From Candidatus Obscuribacteraceae bacterium (lineage in GTDB: Bacteria > Cyanobacteriota > Vampirovibrionia > Obscuribacterales > Obscuribacteraceae), in NCBI GenBank assembly GCA_044226015.1, contig JBGAHS010000006.1:288001-352000 (forward strand): DNA of 64,000 nucleotides. The letters run 5' to 3'. Shown piece after piece: positions 41,601 through 50,600 of this stretch (within the stretch, counting starts at the first letter, position 1; each line of letters opens with the position of its first letter). Made by a program: the position numbers and the translations under genes. The notes under the pieces were generated by a model, which ran no database searches, had not been told where the DNA came from, and was given only the letters and a program-made list of their open reading frames with translations.

Positions 41601-44600
41601 CGAACAACGGGAAAATCTGCTTGGACCTTATGTCCTTGATAGTCGCCTCCTGACAGTAACAATTTAGCTAAATCAGCAGCTTTATCGGGATTCATCTTTG
41701 TGAGCGCATCAAGTGCTGAAACACGCAGCTCTGGGCGCCCTGCTACATAATCGGGATAAAGTGTTCGGGAATCGAATGAACGAAAGTGCTGCCGTGCCTC
41801 TGGCATTAGCAGGGCTTCCAAATATCTCTGCGCTTTGCTTTGCTGTGCTTTGCTAGCACCTTCGAAAAGTTCAGGCATCTTATTCAACAGCACTTCGCGA
41901 AGTGCAAATCCTGCCTCTGTAGTAGGAGTATTTTTCAGGATTTTGAAAGTGCTTTCTCTTACTTGATCAGCTTTCTCAACTGACATATTTGCAAGCGTTG
42001 CCGCATCAATTTTTACCAGTGCAGCTATAGAAATTTCAGGGCTAGCCGTTTGTATACAATCAGCTAGAGCGTCCCCTATGATCTTCTGAGCCTTATCTTT
42101 CTTATCTCCGAATATTTCCGGACCTAAATCCTTCGCCGCTTGTGCAGCTTGAAGTCTTGCAACTAGCAATTCAACACGCTGATTGGGAGTCAAGTCTGTG
42201 TTGGGAGGTAAAGGATTCTCCAAAATTTTACGCAGATTACTTACATATGCATCACTGATGGCACCAGGCTTTGAACCAAGCAGCTTAGATTGTTTTGAAA
42301 GTTCTGCAATAGCGTCAGTTTGCTCATTGCTCAAGAAAAGCGCTCGTCCTTTATCCTTGTCCCCCACGATCACAGAGTCGCCTGACTTCACTTCCATCAA
42401 CTTGCCTTTGGGAACTGGTATATGGTCGCCATTTCTGGCAATCCAAACGGGACCATCCTTTGCAGCAACATATTGCTTGCCATCAGCTTCTATCTTAAAA
42501 ACTGCATGCGAAGGAACAATACCAGGACCATCGAGAATTACATCACCTTTGCTGCCAATTTCTACAAGAGAACCAGGAGTCACAGGTATACCATTCACAG
42601 TGGTTCGATCGAGAGCCACCATGCTCAGTGCCTGAGAGGCAAGAGCGCGAACATCTTTGTCAGCGGCGAGGTCAGAGGAAAGTCCTCGCAAGAATTTTTC
42701 GATAGACTTGGAGTCTCGTCCATAAAGACCGCTCAATCCATCGATGCGAGCATTATCGTCCGTCTCTCGAAGTAGCGCAGGTTCAACACTGGCTTTCAGG
42801 TGCTGTAGAATTGCGGCAAGCCGAGGACCATTAGCTGAAGCGATTGCGTCAAGCTTCACCTGCCGCGGAGTCTTATCACTCTGTATTACCGCCATCAAAG
42901 TGCTGGCAAAATCAGCAGCATTGTAATTTACTTTCTTTAGAAAGTCGTGGACATCATTCTGCGCATTTCTTAGCTGCTCAAGCTCATCTTTTGCAGTTTT
43001 TGCAGCAGTCTTCAGGTCTTCATTGTCAGGGTCTTTGGCAAGCTTTTCATTTGCTTCATTGTACTTCTTTTCGCCTTCAGCAGCCATTCGAGCATGAACA
43101 TTGAGGCTAGAGCTGCCCATTTGAGCTGTTCGGAAAAGCAAATCGCCTACAGCAATTTTAACTTCAGGATCGTCGCTGTTTCTGACTCTCTTATTGAGGT
43201 AGTCTAATACACCTGCAACTGTCTGATTTGTATTTGGAATTTGCGAGGTCAAACTATCATTGCCTCTGAGCGAAAGCAAGACTATCGCCGCAGCGACTTT
43301 CTCACGCTCTGTTCCAGACCAAAATTTGTCATCGGCATCTTTGAGAAGCTTCTTCCGGTCCGCATCGTCAGGCGATTTCAAAACACTTTCAGTCAAGCGG
43401 CTTAGAAGTCCTTCGGCAGAGCGATTATTGAATGTCGCTACATCATTGATATCGAGAGCGGACTTAGCATCTAGAGGACTAAGCTTTCCATCTTTTCCCA
43501 TAGACAATTGCAAAAGAGCTTTAGCAGCAGCATACTTCTCTGATGGCTCAGAAGGATTCTTATAAATATTCGCAAGCTCTTGTCTGTATGCTTCTCGGTC
43601 CTCATCACTTGGTGACTTGCTCAAGAGTTCTGTGCTTTTATGAGCTATGGCTTCTGGGCTGCGCGCCAACTTCTGTTGTAAGTCAGAAGTACTTATTCCC
43701 ATTACTTGCTCTGGATACTTTCCTTCAGCATCCTTTGACAAATTGAGAAGAGCCGCAGCGATTGCATATTTTTTCGCATCAGTCGCAGTCTTCCATTCTT
43801 CAGCAAGTTTGACTGAAAGCTTTACTCTGTCAGGATTGTTTGCAGGAAGTTTTATTGCTTCCTTAGCTGCATTTCCAATCTGCTCACTCTCTGCAGATTG
43901 ATTTTTGTTTCCTAATCGCTTGATGTATTCATCAATCGTAGGCTTCATTGCTTGCTTGAACTGCTCATCGGTAGCTTCCGAAGGGTTTGCATACAGTGGC
44001 TTGTCTTTATCACGTGCGATTTTGTGACGTTCCATTGCATCAAAAAGCATAGCTCTTTGAGGGTCATTCTTGTCTTTAATGGCAGCGGCAGTATCGCTAA
44101 ACTGAGCAAGGAAGTAACAATCAGCCAGTGGAAATACTCCAATAGGCAAGACTCTTCCGATCACGGGAAGCTTCCATCCCTCATACAGTTTATGTGCACC
44201 GCGTACTGCAGTGTCATACAACCCCATGGTCATCTTCACTTCAGTGCCAGCCGCCACAACTCTACCGAGTTTGTATGCTTCGACTGCACTTTCCGCCTCT
44301 TTTGCTGTTCTTCCCCACTTAAAGACGTTTACAGAATTCCAAACAGCCTTTTGTGCACCCGCAGGCAACATTCCAATCGAAATATCAGCAAGTATGACGT
44401 AATGCCGCGCTTCGTTTATTTTCCTTCCATAACCAAAAGGCGTCAGGTTTTCGATTGCCTGTTTTCCAAAACCAGTAGCACCGAGTGCGAAGTGCCATGC
44501 CCCCTCTTTTACAGCGGCTTTAAAAACCTGTGTACCTGTCATTTTCATTGCTTTTGCAGCCATTGCAGCCGCACGAGCTTCATACAGACCACTAACAATC

Positions 44601-47600
44601 ATGCCAGCGTCTACTGTTGCGTTTACAACGTTACCAGTCTGTTTAGCCCGTTCCTGAGCTGTCTGCCAGTCACTCAACTTCCCAGCAGGCATCAAGCGCA
44701 TTCGACCATTATCAAATATTGGAACATAATCGTTTTTGTGAAAGACTTTTGCTTCCATTGTAGGTTTTTTATGGACGCTATCGACTCCCCACCAATTGTT
44801 GTAACTGTAGAACCGTGCCCATTGGTAGTCCTGATATCCAGTGACTTTCACATAGTCGCCTTTGGGATTTTCCTTGCCGTCTTTATCGCAAGGAACCGAA
44901 TCAAAACTATAACGTTTCAAGTTGAACTCTTCACCATTAGGCGCCCGCTTGCCCAGTTCATAGGAGCCATCGGGCTTAACTGCTAAGACTCGCCAATCTC
45001 CTTGTCCATCTGCTAGCCGAACAAATTTGCCAACATCACTTTCATCGCCTTTCAAAAGAGAAGGACTCTTGGGATCTTTTGGATTTTCTAGATTTGCTTT
45101 CTTGAAGGCTTCGACCTCTTCCTTCTTAACTTTGTGCTCACGCTCAAAATCGCCTTCTTCAACATGGACCAGCAAGCGGTCTTTCTCTGCCAATGCCAGA
45201 GTTAGTTCCTTTGTGACTTTATCGACAGCCGGAGACCATTTGGTTAACCAACGTTCCATCTTCTCAATCTTGGCGATGTTGGCTGGGTTGTTTCTATCAA
45301 TTCCTTCCGGCATATCAAGTTCAACCTTCACAGTGCCGTTTGAATTGCGCGTGAGCTTTCCAGGGAAATCGGGGTCTTTCAACGCGTCATCAGGAAATGT
45401 TGTAGCAGCCGCGCCCACATCCTTTTGCCATTTGAAGAAGTCATTCAAGCTTGGCCAGTCTCTTCCATGTGTAGTAGTGGCCGCGTTAAATGCTGCAATT
45501 GTTTCAGCGTAAGTTCTTACCCGATTTGCTGTTTCGATCCATGGAAGAGCACCAGCACGCCAGCGCAGCATTTCCTCAGGGCTGCCATCTTTTGGGGGAT
45601 TCCAATCAACAGGTTTAAGGCTAGGTATTTTCGATAATGACTCTTGAGTGTAGGCAACCTGCCCCGCAAGAACTGATTCATTATGGGACGCCTGTGCTTT
45701 AATAGTCCAAGCAAAAGCTCTAATGAACTTAGCTACGTCTTCCTCTGTCGGAAGCTGAGCATCTTTGATTTCTGAGAAATTCAAATTCGGCTTCACATCG
45801 CCAGCTCTCAGTCGTGCCCTGAACAGAGCATCGCCCTCTCTCATCTGGCTGCCACTCTCACTGATACCAGGTCCATACACAGCACCCGGAGGAAACTGTA
45901 AACCGCGCATATCTAGCATCTTCATCCAGTCAAGCGATTCGTTCTCCATGACTTTGCTTGCTTCTTGCCATAAGCGCTTCGACTCTGGTCCAAATTCACC
46001 GCGATCCCATTCATCCTTTAGTTTTTTCTCGTCAATAATGGGAACTCCAGCCTTTTTGTCCAATAGGGCTTTTTCATTTTGAATGGCAAGATTTCTTTGA
46101 ATGCCTGGCAACAACAGCATAAGAATATCAGTCGTCATCTTGCGATCAGGAAGCAAATCAAGTTTTGCTAGCACGGGTTTATCCGCAGCATCCTTTGCTT
46201 TGTCTCCAGATTGATTATCAGCAAGATCTTCATGGGTTGGGCGTTTGTAACCTGAGCCAGGTTTCTCCATTACGTCAGGGACGAACCCTGCTTTCAAGCC
46301 TGCATCTTCTGGAGCGAACTCAGGCACAGATTCATGGTCAGGAGCCGGACGACCTTCATAAGCGCCTGCTTTTATCTCAGCGGGAGGGGCAGCGGCAGCA
46401 GCCTTCTCACGGTAGGCTATGAAAGCACTTGCAAGAATAGTTAGCGCTACAAGCTTTCCTCGTACTGCACCACCTGGTCCTCTCTCCCCAGCGAGTCGTT
46501 CGATATCAGTTTCACTTGGGCGAAATCCCTTTATGATCTCTCGTGCTCTAGCCTCTGCTCTTATGCGATCAGGATTCTCTTTATCAGCGATCTTAAGTTG
46601 ATCAACGAACTTGCTTTCTGCGTCTATGGCAACCTTTAACTCGGCTATTTTTCGTTTATCTTGGTCTTTTTCTGCCTTACCTTCCTCAGCCTGCAGTTTT
46701 TCCTTCAGCCCTTTGATGCGACCTTCCCATAACTCTGCAAAGGTGACATCTCTATCAAAGCCACCAATCTTAACTCCAGTACTCGTAATCTCCAGTGCCG
46801 CAACTTTAGACGACAAGGGTGGAAGCTTGGAGACATCGAGCGCTGTAGCACTGCCTGTTACCGTTCCGACTTCGGATGGAAGTTCAACGTGGCGCGCAAG
46901 CGACTTGCTGACAAAATCGCGAACACCTGCACGGTCAGCCAAAGCAGCGGCGTCAGTGCCTCGAGACGTCTGCTCTACTACAAGAGAATAAACGGCTCTG
47001 CTAAGTTCACCAACATTGCCCCGCACAAGACCTTCGGGAAGCACGATTTTTGTCATGACTTTATCGGGAGCAATTTCAGTCTTGCTACCTTCGACATAGA
47101 ATTTGCCGTCGCTCCGAGTTACTTTCTTGTTCTCAGCGGTGCTGTATTCCACAGTTGCTTTTGTGGCGTCCTTTGAAATCTCGACATCAGTGTTGTTTTC
47201 AATGAGAAGAGAATCCTTAATTCCTTCTGCCTTTAGGAAATCAAATACGCTATCTCTCAACCTGGCACCGGCATCAAGAGGCGAATTCCGCAGTGAATTG
47301 CTGATTTCATTTACTTTTTCGTGAAACCTGCCAATGACTCCTTCATTTAGCAGTGATTTGTTGACGTTCAAACTCTCCACCGCAGATGGTGTCACGCTCG
47401 CTTCACGTTCCTTAAGTCTCTCTTGAATCAACCCGAGTCTTTCCTTGATGAGCTCGGCATTGGCACCATCTGGAATACCAAGTGCTTTACCCAACTTCTC
47501 TGGACTCATCTCGTCCAGAGCATAGTAGGTGTGAAACCAGCCTTCAGATCCTTTATTTGCGGTAGCTCTCTCGTGAGCCTCTAACTTCAAGTGCTCGTAG

Positions 47601-50600
47601 ATGCTCTTCAGTTCCTCTCCGGGTTTAGCATTTTCAATTGCAGCTTTAAGGGCTGCGCTGAATTCGGATTGCCCGGACGCCTCGGGCATAAGAGTCTTCA
47701 CAGCCAGTTCGGAATAAGCAATATTCAGACCTTGCTCTGCACTCAGACTTGGTTTAAGTGCACGAATTTCCGCAGCTTTCATGGATAGTTCTACTGCGTC
47801 TTTTGCAGAAACCCCACGAGTAATTTCCAGCATCGCTGCCTCTCTGGCAACAGCGGCATCAACTTTTTCAGCTTTGACTATGGCTTCTTGCCTGCTCAAG
47901 ATAGCATCTGCAGTCTTAGTGTCTACCTTGTACTTTGACTCGATTTCAATCACAGCTGCCATACGCTGGATAACTTCAGTTGCTTCCTTCTTCCCTCCTG
48001 TACGTTTGTATATTTCGCTAGCTGTAGCTTCGTCGATTCCCTCTGCCTTTTGCAGTATGTCGCCAAGGCGATTAATTCTATTTGCAGCTTGCGATAAAGG
48101 CGCACTTTGGCTCACCACGACTTCGAATACGCGAGCAAGCTCATTCGAAGATTTGAAATCGATAGGGTTGCTAGCACTAACATCACAAAGTGCTCTAAGA
48201 TGCTCTTTCATTTGAGCTAGTCTTGTGTGCGCTGGTCTGGCCACATCAAGCTGAGCTTCCACGATGTGAGCGAGGTCGCTTATATGACCTAGATCAATCT
48301 GTTTTTCTCTTCTTCCTGTCTTATCTCGAAACTCACTCATACCGATGATAGAGCCATCTTCATAAAGTCGAACCTTATGCACTTCTTTTAGTACTGAATT
48401 ATCGAGTTCGACCTCCTTGTACTTCATTGGCTTTCCGGTGGCTGCACTTCTTCTCGGTTCATATTCTTCCGAACCAGTATCAACACTGACGTCGGATTTT
48501 CCAGGACCCCCTTTCAGGTCCACTCCTCCCCAAGCTGAAGAGATGGCATCGTGTTCGAACCCTTTTACAAGCCTGTCACCCAGAGCTTTTAACGCATTGT
48601 AGTGCGGCAGTGCACTATTAGCACGGTGGTAGAGTTCCGCAAGCACCGGGTTTGCTGGAGTTTGACCACGAAAATAATCATGGAATCGCTTTATTCCCAC
48701 AGACTCTGCATATCTCTGATCTAACCCTAACCTACCAAAAGAGAGAAACGATGAGCGCATATCTTTATTGATTGTCGAAGCTTCTATAGATGGATGTTTG
48801 CCGACAAAACCTTGAACATATGAGCGCATCTCGGTCTCGTTTGCATTTGCCAGGCTTGAACCAATGGTTCCATCGGGTGGCACATGATTCCCGATAGCAG
48901 ATTCAGCAGGAGACCCTGCCCAGATTGCCTTACCCTTTGCCTCTTTTGTATAAAGGCTTCGAGTCCAGTCGATCGGATAAACTCTGTCTCCTTTCGGGTC
49001 AAGAAATATACCATCGATGCCGCAAGCATCAGCATTCGAGCCATGCGCTGCTGGAATGAAAACCAATTTGCCTTTCGAAGGAATTTCTTCCTTACATGCT
49101 TTCATAGCAGCTATTGACGCGTTGTACTCGTAAATATTACCTCTAGTGTCACTAGCATGAGGGGCTTTGAAATGTGGCGCTACTTCTAGATAGCGACTCC
49201 TTGCAAACTCGAGTACTTCTTTACTTACTTTGGGATCCAGAAAATGTGAATAGGGAATTTCCAATGCTTCCGCGTTCATCGGAATATTGATCAAGTCCGC
49301 AAAAACCCTCATTCTATCGGGTCCAAAGTTCTTTGCAAAACCAGGTTGTTTGAGGACATCAATTGCTTTTGTTAGCTCAGGAATTTTGTCTGGCTGAGCT
49401 TGTGCCAGTTGAATCATTTCAGATTTAATTCGCTCAACAAGCGCTGGCTCCATTCCAGCGTCGCGCATTTGATCTAACGGTGCAAGTTTCTGAGCAATCT
49501 CATTTACTGCAACGACTTTCTGAGATTCGAGCAGGCTGAGCTTAGCAAGATCTATCGGTAAACTAGCGTCTTTTGATACGGCTGAAACAAGGTCGAGCAA
49601 GGCTTGCCTTTTTGCGACATCCATTCCATTTCTGGTATCACCTATCTTTTCGATCGCATTGAGTGCACTCTGGCAAGCCTCCAGCCTATCACGATTGGAG
49701 CCGCTTCCTTCGCCTTTAGAAAGTACATCCACTTCCTTCAGCAGATTTGCATGAGCAGTCTTCAGTCGTTCTATAGCTTCGGGTTTAATACCGGCTTTTG
49801 CAAGGTCTTGCGCGGCTCTGTTCATATCAAAGCTTGACACCATTGCTGTTCCAATAATATCAGCGGCTTTATTCGTGCCTTCTGGAGCGTGTACATCAAT
49901 TGATTTTGGAAACTTACCTGTCTCTGAAAGTGTTAAAGCACGTTCAGCCAGTGCATTCACTTGCGCAATGGACAATTTAGTTTCCCTGGCGAAACGCTCT
50001 CTTGCTTCCCTCCTCTCGGCTTGCCCCTGAGGGTTCAATTCGTCAGAAACCTTTTTGATTTGAGCACGAACTTCAGCTGGAATTTCTCTTTCGGAAAAAT
50101 ACTTGAAGACTCCATTTATAGAGCCACCATAATTTCCTTTCCGGTCAATCTGCGGTGTACCATCTTTATTGAAAGCGTAATCAGTATCAATACGTGCGAT
50201 AGCAACATCCCCTGGATTGGGTCCCGTTCTCTCCACAACGAAGTTCAAACCATGCTGATCGTGATCACCCATAAGAGCACTAAAAGCAACAGTGCGAGCT
50301 ATTTCTGTGCGTAATTTCGGATCAATTTTATCCATCATGTGAAAGACTCGCTCATCTAGATGCGAATATTTCGCACGCAGTGCCGCATCTTCGCGCGACA
50401 TATTGTGCAGGAATGTATGCAGGTTAGAACCTTCAACACCCACGAACTTCTGAATCATCATGCCATCGCGCATAACGGTTGCAGGAAAGAGACCACTTGA
50501 ACCCATTCGTTCCGCGAGCTTTTGTGCAGCTAGATCATTATCAGCTCGAACCCAATCACGCACGTAAGCCGGCGGTTTGTGAATCATAACTTTTATGCGT

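Noticed and set aside
43952..44986. 344-aa plus-strand ORF and many other antisense ORFs inside large genes
   Set aside because: Shadow ORFs opposite long coding frames, with atypical composition and no motifs
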